The translations under genes and the position numbers were made by a program. A stretch of DNA of 64,000 nucleotides from an uncultured Gammaproteobacteria bacterium (GTDB taxonomy: Bacteria; Pseudomonadota; Gammaproteobacteria; UBA9214): NCBI GenBank assembly GCA_963827755.1, contig CAWHCQ010000004.1, positions 78,513 through 142,512 of the forward strand. The letters run 5' to 3'. Position 1 is the stretch's first letter. Every line of letters starts with the position of its first letter. This document shows positions 26,332-37,209 of this stretch, in pieces. The notes under the pieces were generated by a model. That model was given only the letters and a program-made list of their open reading frames with translations. It searched no databases and was not told where the DNA came from.

Positions 26332-26916
26332 ATGGACAAGCTTACGCGCAAGGACCTCTATTCGCTTGAAGAATATGCCGAGAACAGGGATGTTATCCGC
26401 AAGCGGGTGCTGGCTCACAAAAAGAACCGCAAGGTGCATATCGGGCCCTCTGCTACCCTTTACTTTGAAGACCGCCGGACTGTTCAGTACCAGATACAGG
26501 AGATGCTGCGGATCGAACGCATCTTCGAGTCCGCCGCTATCGAGGAAGAACTGGGTGCCTACAATCCCCTGATCCCGGAAGGCAGTAACTGGAAAGCAAC
26601 CTTTATGATCGAGGAGCCGGATGTGTCGCGGCGTAAGGAACTGCTGGCCGGGCTGGTCGGTATCGAGGACAAGGTCTGGGTACGTGTCGATGGCAGTGAA
26701 CCGGTGTACGCGATTGCCGACGAGGATCTGGAGCGCGAAACCGCAGAAAAGACCTCTGCAGTGCACTTCATGCGCTTCGAACTTGACGAGAAAATGATTG
26801 CTGCACTAAAGGCAGGGGCTTCCCTGAGCATGGGGATTGCACACCCCGGTTACTCGCACGAGGTGGCGCCGGTCGTTGCACCGATACGTGATGCCTTGCT
26901 GGCCGATCTGGCGTAA
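26332..26916 (+). CDS. DUF3501 family protein
   Basis: MDKLTRKDLYSLEEYAENRDVIRKRVLAHKKNRKVHIGPSATLYFEDRRTVQYQIQEMLRIERIFE matches the DUF3501 pattern from memory. The association with rubrerythrin and a CCG Fe-S protein is the usual context. Confidence 0.7.
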   Translation: MDKLTRKDLYSLEEYAENRDVIRKRVLAHKKNRKVHIGPSATLYFEDRRTVQYQIQEMLRIERIFESAAIEEELGAYNPLIPEGSNWKATFMIEEPDVSRRKELLAGLVGIEDKVWVRVDGSEPVYAIADEDLERETAEKTSAVHFMRFELDEKMIAALKAGASLSMGIAHPGYSHEVAPVVAPIRDALLADLA

Positions 26917-26994
26917 CCTGCATCCGCTCACGGAGAGTCTGCAGCATACAACAGGGTCGCTTTGACGTGTGCCGCGCGTTAAACTGCGCTACCC

Positions 26995-27553
26995 ATGAAA
27001 ACCGGACTCACCTGCAAAAAAACCGTTAATACGCCTCCTTGCCGCGGGCCTCCTGGTAATGGCCCCCCCCTGCCTTGCCAGCGATGAAGAGGATTCGCCG
27101 GGCTGGACGCCGAAGCATTTTATTGCCGCAGAACCCTGGAAAGAGCAGCAAACCGGATTACCTGCCTACCCCGAAAAAGGGAATTTGCTCGAGGTCAATA
27201 TCAGTACCGGCGGCCAGCCTTGGAAAATCTATATTGACACGCTTTCTGTAAGGCAGGGAAAAGACTCCGTGGTGCGTTATACCGTGGTCCTGATTTCCGC
27301 AACCGGCGTATGGAATATTTCCAATGAAGGGCTGCATTGCGGTGAAAATAAATACCGGCGTTATGCCTATGGCTATGAGGGAGAGTGGCGGGAGCTGGAA
27401 GATGCGCCCTGGTTACCGCTTCGCGGGCACGGTGTTAACCAGTATCGCCGGATATTTTACAATGATTACATGTGTAACCAGTCCGATCCCTACCTTGAAC
27501 CCCGACAGATTATCGAAAGAATCCGCTCATCGGATTATGGATATGAAGAATAA
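26995..27553 (+). CDS. CNP1-like periplasmic protein, signal peptide separated by a frame break at an A7 run
   Basis: ATG 26995 gives MKTGLTCKK. After the A7 run (27016-27022) the next frame continues PLIRLLAAGLLVMAPPCLA-SDEED..., then WKIYIDTLSV...RYTVVLISATGVWNISNEGLHCGENKYRRYAYG (CNP1-like). Confidence 0.6.
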
Positions 27554-27577
27554 ACAGTTTCAAGCCAGCCAGTCGGT

Positions 27578-29473
27578 ATGCCGGTAATGGCTGGCAGATA
27601 CGACGCAGCAGCAATCGAGGTTTTGAGTGGCCTGGATCCGGTGCGCAAGCGCCCGGGCATGTACACCGATACCACGCGCCCCAACCATCTTGCACAGGAA
27701 GTCATCGATAACAGTGTGGATGAGGCCATTGCAGGGCACGCTACGCGCATTGATGTGAAACTCTTCAAGGATGGTTCGCTGGAAGTGCGTGACGATGGAC
27801 GCGGCATGCCGGTGGATCTGCATCCGGAGGAAGGGGTACCCGGTGTCGAGGTCATCCTCACGCGTTTGCATGCCGGCGGCAAGTTTTCCGCAAAAAACTA
27901 TGAATTCTCCGGTGGTTTGCATGGCGTCGGTATATCAGTTGTCAATGCCCTGTCGAAACACCTTGAAGTCTGGGTGCGGCGCGGCGGCAAGGAATACAAC
28001 ATGGCGTTCGCCGACGGCGAGTGCGTTTCAAAACTCGAGGAAATCGGCACGGTCGGCAGGCAGAACAGCGGCACCACGCTGCGCTTCTGGCCGAATCCCG
28101 AATATTTCGATTCTGTAAAGTTCTCGCTGCCACGCCTGAAACACATCCTGCGTGCCAAGGCGGTGTTGTGTCCCGGCCTGCAGGTAAGGCTGCATGTCGA
28201 GGCCGGCGACGAGAAGCTCGAGTGGTGTTACGCGGATGGCCTGCACGACTACCTGGCCGGCGAGCTCGGGGATACCCCGTTACTGCCGGAAGTCCCGTTT
28301 GTCGGCAAAATGGAAGGCAATAACGAGATCGCAGAGTGGGCGCTGGCGTGGTTGCCAGAGGGAGGCGATCCGGTTGCAGAGAGTTATGTCAACCTGATAC
28401 CAACCGTGCAGGGAGGCACGCATGTCAATGGATTGCGCATGGGCTTGACGGAAGCAGTGCGTGAGTTTTGTGAATTCAGAAACCTGTTGCCGCGTGGTGT
28501 AAAACTCAGCCCGGAAGATGTCTGGGAAAACTGCAGTTATATCCTGTCCGTCAAGCTGCATGATCCACAGTTCAGCGGACAGACCAAGGAACGGCTGTCA
28601 TCACGTGAATGTGCAATTTTTGTCTCCGGTGTGGTCAAGGACTCGTTTGGCCTGTGGTTGAATCATCATACGGAAATAGGCGAACGCATTGCCTGGCTGG
28701 CAATTGAAAATGCCCAGACGCGCCAGCGCGCAGGCAAGAAAGTGGTGCGCAAGAAAATCACCAGCGGCCCGGCACTGCCGGGGAAGCTGGCGGACTGTAC
28801 CTCGACAGACAACGAGCGCAGCGAACTTTTCCTGGTGGAGGGTGATTCAGCCGGTGGTTCGGCCAAGCAGGCGCGTGACCGCATTTTCCAGGCGATCATG
28901 CCGCTGCGCGGCAAGATACTGAATACCTGGGAGGTGGACTCTGCCGACGTGCTGGCATCACAGGAAGTCCATGATATATCCGTTGCCATCGGTGTTGAGC
29001 CCGGATCGAATAACCTTGGCAAGCTGCGCTACAGCAAGATTTGTATCCTCGCTGACGCCGACTCTGACGGGCTGCATATTGCGACCCTGTTGTGCGCCTT
29101 GTTTCTCAGGCATTTTCATACTCTGGTGCAGGCAGGTCATGTGTATGTTGCCATGCCGCCGCTGTACCGCATCGACGCCGGCAAGCAGGTATTCTATGCG
29201 CTGGATGATAGCGAGAAACAGGGCGTGCTTGACCGGGTAGCGGCAGAAAAGATCAAGGGGAAAGTCATGGTGCAGCGCTTCAAGGGTCTTGGCGAAATGA
29301 ACCCGATGCAGTTGCGTGAGACCACCATCGCCCCGGAGACGCGCCGTCTGGTGCAGCTGACCATCGACAGCAAGGACGGCACCCACAAGCTCATGGATAT
29401 GCTGCTCGCCCGCAAGCGCGCCCCGGACCGGCGTAACTGGCTGGAATCAAAAGGAAATATGGCCGCAATATGA
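27578..29473 (+). CDS. parE: DNA topoisomerase IV subunit B
   Basis: 631-aa ORF. AAIEVLSGLDPVRKRPGMYTD...GGLHGVG...EGDSAGGSAKQARDR...PLRGKILN. The size, lack of the GyrB insert and adjacency to parC all fit parE. Confidence 0.95.
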   Translation: MPVMAGRYDAAAIEVLSGLDPVRKRPGMYTDTTRPNHLAQEVIDNSVDEAIAGHATRIDVKLFKDGSLEVRDDGRGMPVDLHPEEGVPGVEVILTRLHAGGKFSAKNYEFSGGLHGVGISVVNALSKHLEVWVRRGGKEYNMAFADGECVSKLEEIGTVGRQNSGTTLRFWPNPEYFDSVKFSLPRLKHILRAKAVLCPGLQVRLHVEAGDEKLEWCYADGLHDYLAGELGDTPLLPEVPFVGKMEGNNEIAEWALAWLPEGGDPVAESYVNLIPTVQGGTHVNGLRMGLTEAVREFCEFRNLLPRGVKLSPEDVWENCSYILSVKLHDPQFSGQTKERLSSRECAIFVSGVVKDSFGLWLNHHTEIGERIAWLAIENAQTRQRAGKKVVRKKITSGPALPGKLADCTSTDNERSELFLVEGDSAGGSAKQARDRIFQAIMPLRGKILNTWEVDSADVLASQEVHDISVAIGVEPGSNNLGKLRYSKICILADADSDGLHIATLLCALFLRHFHTLVQAGHVYVAMPPLYRIDAGKQVFYALDDSEKQGVLDRVAAEKIKGKVMVQRFKGLGEMNPMQLRETTIAPETRRLVQLTIDSKDGTHKLMDMLLARKRAPDRRNWLESKGNMAAI

Positions 29474-29574
29474 CCATAAATACCGAGGGCGCGAGGTGTT
29501 TTGTTCTTTCCTTCGTGCCTTTGCGAGTTTGCGCGATTATTGATTTTTGAAGAATACCGAACAGGTAATACCTC

Positions 29575-31827
29575 ATGGAAACCATTGAACTCGATTACGA
29601 AGGCATCGAACAGCTGCCCTTGAAGACCTTTACCGAGAAGGCCTACCTGGATTATTCCATGTACGTCATTCTTGACCGCGCATTGCCGCATATCGGTGAC
29701 GGCCTCAAGCCTGTGCAGCGGCGCATCATTTATGCCATGTCCGAGCTCGGCCTGCAGGCAAGTGCGAAGCACAAGAAGTCGGCGCGCACTGTCGGTGATG
29801 TGCTTGGCAAGTTTCACCCGCATGGCGACTCCGCCTGTTACGAGGCGATGGTGCATCTTGCGCAATCTTTTACCTGTCGTTATCCGTTGATTGACGGCCA
29901 GGGCAACTGGGGTTCGCCGGATGATCCAAAATCATTCGCCGCCATGCGTTATACCGAGGCGCGGCTGACGCCGTTTGCCGCGGTGCTGTTATCGGAACTC
30001 GGGCAGGGTACGGTTGACTGGGCGCCGAACTTTGACGGAACACTGGAAGAACCCAAACAGTTACCTGCGCGCCTGCCTGCGGTATTGCTGAACGGCGCAA
30101 CCGGTATTGCCGTGGGCATGGCCACGGACATCCCGCCGCATAATCTGAAAGAAGTTGCCGAAGCAACCATCATGTTGCTCGACAAACCGAAGAGTACAAC
30201 GGCAGATCTGTGCAAGATAATAATGGCTCCGGATTTTCCTACCGGCGCAGAAATTATAACCCCGCAATCCGAACTGCTCGAAGCCTATATGACAGGACGT
30301 GGCAGTGTGCGCATGCGTGCCTGTTACGAAATTGAGCAGGGTGAAATAGTCGTCACTGAATTGCCTTTCCAGACATCGGGCGGAAAGGTGCTGGAGCAGA
30401 TCGCCGCACAAATGATTGCGAAGAAACTGCCCATGGTGGAGGACCTGCGCGATGAGTCCGATCACGAGAACCCGACCCGCCTGGTGATCGTACCGCGCTC
30501 CAACCGGGTTGATACCGGGGCACTGATGTCACACCTGTTTGCAAGCACCGATCTGGAGCGCAGCGCCCGTATCAATCTCAATATAATCGGCCTGGACGGA
30601 AAGCCAAAAATCAATGACTTAAGAGGTATTCTGAAGGAATGGCTTGAATTCAGAACGAGCACGGTCAGGCGCCGGATAGAGTACCGTTTGGAGAAGGTCA
30701 ACACCCGTCTGCACCTGCTCGAGGGTCTGTTGATTGCGTTTCTCAACCTGGATGAAGTGATCAGGATTATTCGCGAGGAAGACAAGCCGAAACCGGCATT
30801 GATGAAACGCTTCAGGTTGTCGGAAGAGCAGGCGGATTACATCCTTGATACCCGCCTGCGCCAGCTCGCGCGCCTCGAGGAAATGAAGATTACCGGCGAG
30901 CAAAAAGAACTTGCCGATGAGCGGGATGCCCTGCAGAAGATCCTTTCTTCCGGTGCACGGTTGAAGACGCTGATCAAGAACGAGATCAGGGCCGATGCAG
31001 AAAAGTTTGGTGATGCGCGGCGCTCAAAACTGGTTGAGCGTGAACCGGCACAGGTCATGGATGAGAACGCGCTGGTGCCAAGTGAGCCGGTGACAATCGT
31101 ATTGTCAAAGAACGGCTGGGTGCGTGTCGCCAGGGGTCACGATATCAACCCGACGGAGATGAACTACAAGGCCGGCGATGAATTTGCAGCGGCGGCGCAG
31201 GGACGCAGTAACGAGCTGGTCGTATTTATCGATTCAACGGGCAAGACCTATGCATTACCCGCACATACACTGCCATCGGCAAGAGGTCAGGGTGAGCCCC
31301 TGAGTGGTCGTTTAAAACCGGCTGATGGCGCACGCTTCACAGGTGTGATGGCCGGCAAGCCCGAGCAGTTGTATTTGCTTGCGAGTGATTCAGGTTACGG
31401 TTTTGTTGTAAAGCTCGGTGATATGTATACGCGTAACAAGGCCGGTAAATCAACACTCTCGGTACCGAAGGGTGCAAGGGTATTGCCACCGGTGACTGTG
31501 CGCAGTCTGAAGGACGACTGGATTGTGGCGATATCAACCGAGGGACACATGCTGGTCATTCCCTTGAGTGACGTTCCGCAGATGTCTCGCGGCAAGGGAA
31601 ACAGGATCATTAATATCCCGTCTGCAAAACTGAAGACCCGCGAAGAGCATGTGAAGATTATTGACTGCATACAGGATGGCGAGAAGCTCACCATTTACGC
31701 AGGCAAGAAGCACAAGACCATGAAGGCGGACGAGGTCGATGAATTTGCCGGTGAGCGCGGCCGGCGAGGGCGCAAACTGGCGCGCGGCTATCAGAAGGTG
31801 GACCGGGTAGAGGTAATCAGGCGCTAG
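29575..31827 (+). CDS. parC: DNA topoisomerase IV subunit A
   Basis: 750-aa [32 protein letters not shown]...[13 protein letters not shown]...[10 protein letters not shown] (catalytic Tyr region). Confidence 0.95.
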   Translation: METIELDYEGIEQLPLKTFTEKAYLDYSMYVILDRALPHIGDGLKPVQRRIIYAMSELGLQASAKHKKSARTVGDVLGKFHPHGDSACYEAMVHLAQSFTCRYPLIDGQGNWGSPDDPKSFAAMRYTEARLTPFAAVLLSELGQGTVDWAPNFDGTLEEPKQLPARLPAVLLNGATGIAVGMATDIPPHNLKEVAEATIMLLDKPKSTTADLCKIIMAPDFPTGAEIITPQSELLEAYMTGRGSVRMRACYEIEQGEIVVTELPFQTSGGKVLEQIAAQMIAKKLPMVEDLRDESDHENPTRLVIVPRSNRVDTGALMSHLFASTDLERSARINLNIIGLDGKPKINDLRGILKEWLEFRTSTVRRRIEYRLEKVNTRLHLLEGLLIAFLNLDEVIRIIREEDKPKPALMKRFRLSEEQADYILDTRLRQLARLEEMKITGEQKELADERDALQKILSSGARLKTLIKNEIRADAEKFGDARRSKLVEREPAQVMDENALVPSEPVTIVLSKNGWVRVARGHDINPTEMNYKAGDEFAAAAQGRSNELVVFIDSTGKTYALPAHTLPSARGQGEPLSGRLKPADGARFTGVMAGKPEQLYLLASDSGYGFVVKLGDMYTRNKAGKSTLSVPKGARVLPPVTVRSLKDDWIVAISTEGHMLVIPLSDVPQMSRGKGNRIINIPSAKLKTREEHVKIIDCIQDGEKLTIYAGKKHKTMKADEVDEFAGERGRRGRKLARGYQKVDRVEVIRR

Positions 31828-31892
31828 GCCGGGGAGGGCCCTGAAGTTCGCCTGGCCCGGCATTGGCCCGCCAGCTGTCTTGCGTGCTCGAT

Positions 31893-33447
31893 TTAACTAT
31901 AAATATCAGCTGGTTGAGGGTTGAAAAAATTCTGCCCCATGATCTCGAGCGCCTGTTCAAACTGCTTGTCTACGATTGCCTGGTAGTCGGCCGTCAGGGC
32001 TTCCAGCAGGTAGGTGGAGACGTACTCGCTGATACCCCGTAACTGGATCGACTGGTATTCACCGGCAACTATGCGGTCCCTGACACCGTCATGCATGTAC
32101 ATCTCGCGTGACATGACAATTTGACCGCCATTTGTTATGCCACAAAGCCTGGATGCCATGTTTACCGCGTCACCGACAACTGTATATTCCATACGTGTTT
32201 CCGAGCCCATATTGCCGGCCAGCATGAACCCTGTATTCATTCCAATCTTGAACTTGACGGGAAACTCGCCGCGCATTTCTCTTTCCTTGCTCTCATGCAT
32301 GATGAGTTTCTGGGCGAGCAACGCGCAGATTATGGCATGGAAGACATGATCCTTGTCCGTTTCCGGTGCACCGAAAACCAGCATCACACCATCTCCCATG
32401 TATTTATCAACTGTGCCGTAGTTGATCTCACAGGCGCATGTAATAAGGGAAAAATACTTGTTGAGCATGCTCACCAGGGACTGCGGATCGGTTTTTTCGG
32501 CAATTTCCGTAAACCCGGCGATGTCGGCAAACAGTACAGTGCCTTCAATCTTTTTACTGCCAAGTTCAACAGTGCTCAGGTTGGACAGTATCTGGCGGGC
32601 AACGCCTGGTGAAACATAACGCGACAGGGCATTCTTGACCTGTGATTTTTCCAGCATGCCTGCCGCCATCTCGTTAAAGGAATTCATCAGCAGGCCAAGT
32701 TCATCATGTCGCCGTTCTGTGAATCTGAATGAGTACTCGCCTTTTCCCAGCGCGCGACTTGCATCGACCAGTTCATTGATAGGCATGCTGAGATGCTGTC
32801 CGAGTGCAAATGCCATTCCGATGCCAAGGGCAATTACCAGCAAGGTGGCAGCCGTAATTGCCTGCACCGACCTGCGTACAGAGTCTTTCATGCCGGACTG
32901 GCTGAGGGTTACCAGTGCGTAACCTGCCGTAATACCCTGGAATGTAACCGGCTGGGTGAATGAAATAACCGCATGGGTCTTCCCGGATGCCGTTTCCCAG
33001 TCCCATATGTATGAGTTCGCAGCGCCCCGGGCGAGCTGTTCCAGCAGGGCAATATCGCCTGTATGTGCCGTCCCCGCCTGTGCAATAACCTCTCCCTGCA
33101 ACGTAATAATGGCCGTGGCCAGCACGCTCTTGCCATTCGTGAAGCTTTCCGTAATGGTTACAAGCGCATGCTCTGTCATCCGCCAGCAGGGGTTCCCTGC
33201 TGGATTGCGCCATCAGGCCTGCCAGGGTGGCGCCCTGTTCGTTGATTTGCTGCAGCAGTACCCGGGTCTGTTGCTGGATCAGAATAACCCCGAGTAACAG
33301 CATGCAGCCCACGACCAGCACTGTGATAAAGAATGACAGTTTGTAGGCCAGCGGGATGCGCTGCGTCGTGATGCGCAGTTTCCGCGCCAGCCTCATAATA
33401 CCGGTGCCCGTGGCGGCTTCATGATTTCCGGTTGCTGCCTTGTTCAT
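31893..33447 (-). CDS. Membrane sensor adenylate/guanylate cyclase (TM-sensor-TM-HAMP-class III cyclase), one frame break
   Basis: N-terminal ORF 33447-32773 (TM segment FFITVLVVGCMLLLGVILI) joins ORF 33179-31893 near 33180. The protein has a HAMP region and the cyclase core GTVLFADIAGFTEIAEK...GDGVMLVFGAP. Confidence 0.8.
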
Positions 33448-33536
33448 CTGCCGGTCCCGGCTGCACCTGTCGCGGGCGACGGGACGTATGTGTACAATGC
33501 CTGCTGTTTTCCGTGGTTACAGCCTGAGGAATATTC

Positions 33537-34754
33537 ATGACCCTGATTCGTCCCTTTGCCGGTTTGCGGCCAGCCGCAGGTCGGGCCGAAGAGGTGGTTG
33601 CGCCGCCTTACGATGTGCTCAGCAGTGACGAGGCCCGGCTGCGTGCCAGGGGTCGCCCCTGGAGTTTTCTGCATATATCCAAACCCGAGATTGACCTGCC
33701 CGTGGGTACTGACCCGCACGCCGCAGAGGTCTATAAAATGGCTGCCGAAAACCTGCAGCGGATGTTGCAGGCAGGTGTGCTCGTTCGGGATGAGAGGCCG
33801 TTTTATTACGTTTATCGCCTGGTCATGGGCAAGCACAGCCAGCTCGGACTTGTAGCCGTGGCTTCCGTGGCTGATTACAACTCGAATCGTATTCGCAAGC
33901 ATGAATTTACGCGGCCGGACAAGGAAGATGACCGGGTGCGGCAGATCGATGCCTTGCATGCACAGACGGGGCCGGTCCTGCTGGCCTGTAAATCCGACCC
34001 GGCCATCGATGCCATGCTCGCCGGGGTTGCACGCGGCCGGCCGGATGTCGATCTCGTTGCGGATGATGGCATCGGTCATACGATTTGGGTCGTCAGGGAT
34101 GCGGCCCTGATCGATAAAATTACCGCTGGTTTTAACGCGATGGATGCGTTGTATATAGCCGACGGACACCACCGTTCGGCAGCTGCGTCCAGGGTGGCTG
34201 CCAGTCATGGCGAGCTTGAGTCGGCCGGGTATTTTCTGACCGTGATTTTCCCGCACAGGCAGATGCAGATCCTTGACTACAATCGCGTTGTCAGGGACCT
34301 GGGTGGTATGAGCGCTGAAGAATTCCTCGCACGTGTTGTCGAGTCCTTCTCGGTAACTCCGATCGAGGCGGCGGTGCGTCCCGATGGGCCGGGAACGTTC
34401 GGTATGTACCTTGCCGGTCAGTGGTACCGGCTGGAAATTCATGCGGACTGCATTCCGAATGATCCGGTCGGCAGGCTGGATGTCAGTTTGCTTGCCAACA
34501 GGCTGCTGGCACCGGTACTCGGGATAGAAGATCCCCGGCGGGATACCCGGATTGATTTCGTCGGCGGTATTCGCGGACTTGCCGAGCTGGAGAGGCGTGT
34601 TGACAGCGGTGAAATGAAAGTCGCTTTTTCCATGTATCCAACCGGCATGGAAGACCTGATGGCAGTTGCCGATGCCGGCGAGGTTATGCCTCCGAAATCG
34701 ACCTGGTTTGAACCAAAACTGGCCGACGGCCTGGTTTCTCACGTGCTTGATTGA
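33537..34754 (+). CDS. DUF1015 family protein
   Basis: MTLIRPFAGLRPAAGRAEEVVAPPYDVLSSDEAR... and ...ADGHHRSAAA are typical of DUF1015. Confidence 0.8.
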   Translation: MTLIRPFAGLRPAAGRAEEVVAPPYDVLSSDEARLRARGRPWSFLHISKPEIDLPVGTDPHAAEVYKMAAENLQRMLQAGVLVRDERPFYYVYRLVMGKHSQLGLVAVASVADYNSNRIRKHEFTRPDKEDDRVRQIDALHAQTGPVLLACKSDPAIDAMLAGVARGRPDVDLVADDGIGHTIWVVRDAALIDKITAGFNAMDALYIADGHHRSAAASRVAASHGELESAGYFLTVIFPHRQMQILDYNRVVRDLGGMSAEEFLARVVESFSVTPIEAAVRPDGPGTFGMYLAGQWYRLEIHADCIPNDPVGRLDVSLLANRLLAPVLGIEDPRRDTRIDFVGGIRGLAELERRVDSGEMKVAFSMYPTGMEDLMAVADAGEVMPPKSTWFEPKLADGLVSHVLD

Positions 34755-34848
34755 GCGACTTTGCCGGCCATCATGTGCTTGTTCGATTATGCAGAAACTT
34801 GCCGGCCTTGCTTTTGGCCGGGCCTATGGATGCCGTGTTCATGAAAGC

Positions 34849-36948
34849 TCAGGCGAGCTCACCTTCAAAGTCATAATCAAGTACCCGGCTGGGTGCCTGG
34901 ATAAAATTTCCCTGGATCATATCGACACCGTTCTGCCAGAGTACTGCCAGGTCTCCAGGATTATCGATACGTTCGGCAATGCATACCGTACCGAGATTAT
35001 GGGCGAGCTTCACAAGTGCCCTGACGCGGGACTGTTGTTCCTTGTTGCTGGCCAGGTTCTCGGTCAGGCTGCCGTCGATTTTCAGAATATCCGCAGGTAC
35101 ATGTTTTAACAGCAGAGGCTGCTTGCTTAAACCGAAGTGTTCGAGTGCCACCCTGCACTGCAGCTTTTTCATCGCCTTGACGAAGGTGATGGCGCTCTTC
35201 AGATCGTTGGCTGCATCAAGTTCCTTCACTTCAAACACGACAGAACTGTGAGAAAGTCTGTATTCCTTCAGCTTGTCGTTTATCCATGCCGGCAACTTCG
35301 TGTCGGCGAGAACTGACCTTGAAAGCTTTAGATAAACCGTAATATCGTCGCCATTTTCGCGAAGCTCGACAATGGTCCTGAACGCGGCCTCGAAAACCCA
35401 GTAATCAATTTCACGGCTCAGGCCCGACTTCTCGGCAAGTTCGATAAACTGGCCGGGCAGTATGGTATGACCTTCTTCGTCAACAATTCTAAGCAGGGCT
35501 TCATAGCATTTACTGGTATCACCCGCCAGGCTGATGATGGGCTGATATGCCAGGTAGAAGCGTTGCTCATCGATGGTATTTCTGATGACCTTATCCCATT
35601 CCTCTTCATGGCCCTGGGACACCTGTTCATCAATAACGGCGCTGTGTGTGTGAATCCGGTTGCCGCCGGATGAACGGGCGACTTCACATGCCGTATCAGC
35701 ATGGCTGAGTATTTTCTGCGCGTCAGTCGTATGTTCTGTAACTGCGCAGATACCGATACTGCAGCTCAACGTTATGGACCGTCCGTCAGTTTCCGATATG
35801 TGCGCGGAGATATGGCGCAGCAGCTTTTCCGCCTTTGCCTGGACATTCTCGCTGCTGCTGGCGTGATGCAGTATGGTGAAGCTGTAGTCTCCAAAGCGGG
35901 CGATACTGTCCTGGGTGTTACACTGTTTTTCCAGTAGCCTGGCAATCTCGCAGAGCACCGTATCGCTTGCAGCAATGCCGTTTTCCTCGCGAACCTCCTT
36001 GAATCCATCAAGTGTAATGTAGATGAGTGCACGTGCCTCTTCCCCGTCTTTCTCTGCTTGTGTTACCTCTTCACCAAGCAGATTCATGAAGTGCTGGCGG
36101 TTATATAACCCGGTCAGGGTGTCCAGGTGCGCCATTGATTCCATATTTTCATCCAGGTCAGCCTTGCCGGTGCGGATGACGATTTGCGTACAGGGTTTTC
36201 CGTCGATGCTTGCCGGCGCGAATTCCAGGGTTCTGTCGAAGGCTGTGTGGTCATGATTGACACACTTGATCCTGAGCATGCTGTCACTGCTGCTGCCAGC
36301 CTGAAATTTGCGCAGAAACTCATTGAACGTGTCGCGCTGCTCCGCGCAGATCATGTCGACTACCGGCATTGCCTCGATTTCTTTACGATTTTCGATTCCG
36401 AACAGATCCATCCAGGACTGGTTGACAAAACAGAGCATACCTTCGTCCATACAGGCAACGGCATCAGTGGAACGTTCGCTGAGGGAATTGCAGCGGTTTT
36501 CGCAATTGTCAAGGGCTGCTTCAAGGTCAGCCACCCTTTGCTGAAGCTTCAGCAGCGTTAGTACCTGCGAGAACGCCAACTCAAGGTGACCGGGCTGGTT
36601 GGAGGAGACCAGCGCCGAGATCCCGGATTTTCCGGCAGCGACTACCGCTGCCTCGGGAGCCTCCCCGGCGACGGCAATAAGCGGTGGTGAAAGTTTGTGT
36701 TGTGCAAGGATGCCCTGAACGGTTTCTGTGCTGATGACGCCTTCACCTTTTCCGCAGAGTACGATATCAGGCACCTGTTCAAGCAGGGCGGTCTCGAATA
36801 TCTGCGCATCACGTGCATAGCCAAAGCGTAAATGATGTCCGCCCTCGCGGAGGATATTTGCCAGGCTCTCCGCGTCTTTTTCGCTTTTCTCCACAATGAG
36901 TAGACGAAGATTATCTACATTTTCCACAATAGACCTCGCTTTGATCAA
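34849..36948 (-). CDS. Response-regulator receiver / PAS / degenerate GGDEF / EAL protein (probable c-di-GMP phosphodiesterase)
   Basis: 699 aa. REC N-terminus (LRLLIVEKSEKDAESL...). The GGDEF position reads ARFGDYSF (degenerate). The EAL motif is intact (CYEALLRI) with downstream EAL-domain motifs. Confidence 0.85.
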   Translation of the reverse strand: MIKARSIVENVDNLRLLIVEKSEKDAESLANILREGGHHLRFGYARDAQIFETALLEQVPDIVLCGKGEGVISTETVQGILAQHKLSPPLIAVAGEAPEAAVVAAGKSGISALVSSNQPGHLELAFSQVLTLLKLQQRVADLEAALDNCENRCNSLSERSTDAVACMDEGMLCFVNQSWMDLFGIENRKEIEAMPVVDMICAEQRDTFNEFLRKFQAGSSSDSMLRIKCVNHDHTAFDRTLEFAPASIDGKPCTQIVIRTGKADLDENMESMAHLDTLTGLYNRQHFMNLLGEEVTQAEKDGEEARALIYITLDGFKEVREENGIAASDTVLCEIARLLEKQCNTQDSIARFGDYSFTILHHASSSENVQAKAEKLLRHISAHISETDGRSITLSCSIGICAVTEHTTDAQKILSHADTACEVARSSGGNRIHTHSAVIDEQVSQGHEEEWDKVIRNTIDEQRFYLAYQPIISLAGDTSKCYEALLRIVDEEGHTILPGQFIELAEKSGLSREIDYWVFEAAFRTIVELRENGDDITVYLKLSRSVLADTKLPAWINDKLKEYRLSHSSVVFEVKELDAANDLKSAITFVKAMKKLQCRVALEHFGLSKQPLLLKHVPADILKIDGSLTENLASNKEQQSRVRALVKLAHNLGTVCIAERIDNPGDLAVLWQNGVDMIQGNFIQAPSRVLDYDFEGELA

Positions 36949-37158
36949 AAACAGGCATCAAGCCCCCGGGCACCGGGCATAATGGAACTTCCACGAATCA
37001 GGGTACCGACTCTCTTTTTTTCGGCATTTCAGGCCAGGTCTTGAGTACTCCCTGTATATAGCGGGCTGCGCCGGGCAAGGCGGATTGGCTGTGATTCAGG
37101 TATTTCCTGTTCAGCCGTTTCCTGATAGCATGCAAGTGTCTGAAAAATGGGCATTTAG

Positions 37159-37176
37159 AGTACAGTTCTGTACTCA
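37159..37176. promoter_or_regulatory. Perfect 8+8 palindrome GAGTACAG-TT-CTGTACTC, candidate operator
   Basis: It lies 34 nt upstream of the GNAT start, in the divergent region shared with the REC-PAS-GGDEF-EAL gene. GAGTAC recurs at about 37043. Confidence 0.25.
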
Positions 37177-37209
37177 AGTTGCCGGCAACCGCTGAACCTG
37201 GAGATACGT

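Noticed and set aside
26995-27061. Programmed ribosomal frameshifting at the A7 run of the CNP1-like gene, and at other frame breaks.
   Set aside because: There is no downstream stimulatory structure or conserved slippery heptamer pattern. The same type of +1 break occurs in at least eight unrelated genes, including essential ones. A technical homopolymer artefact or decay explains all of them more simply.
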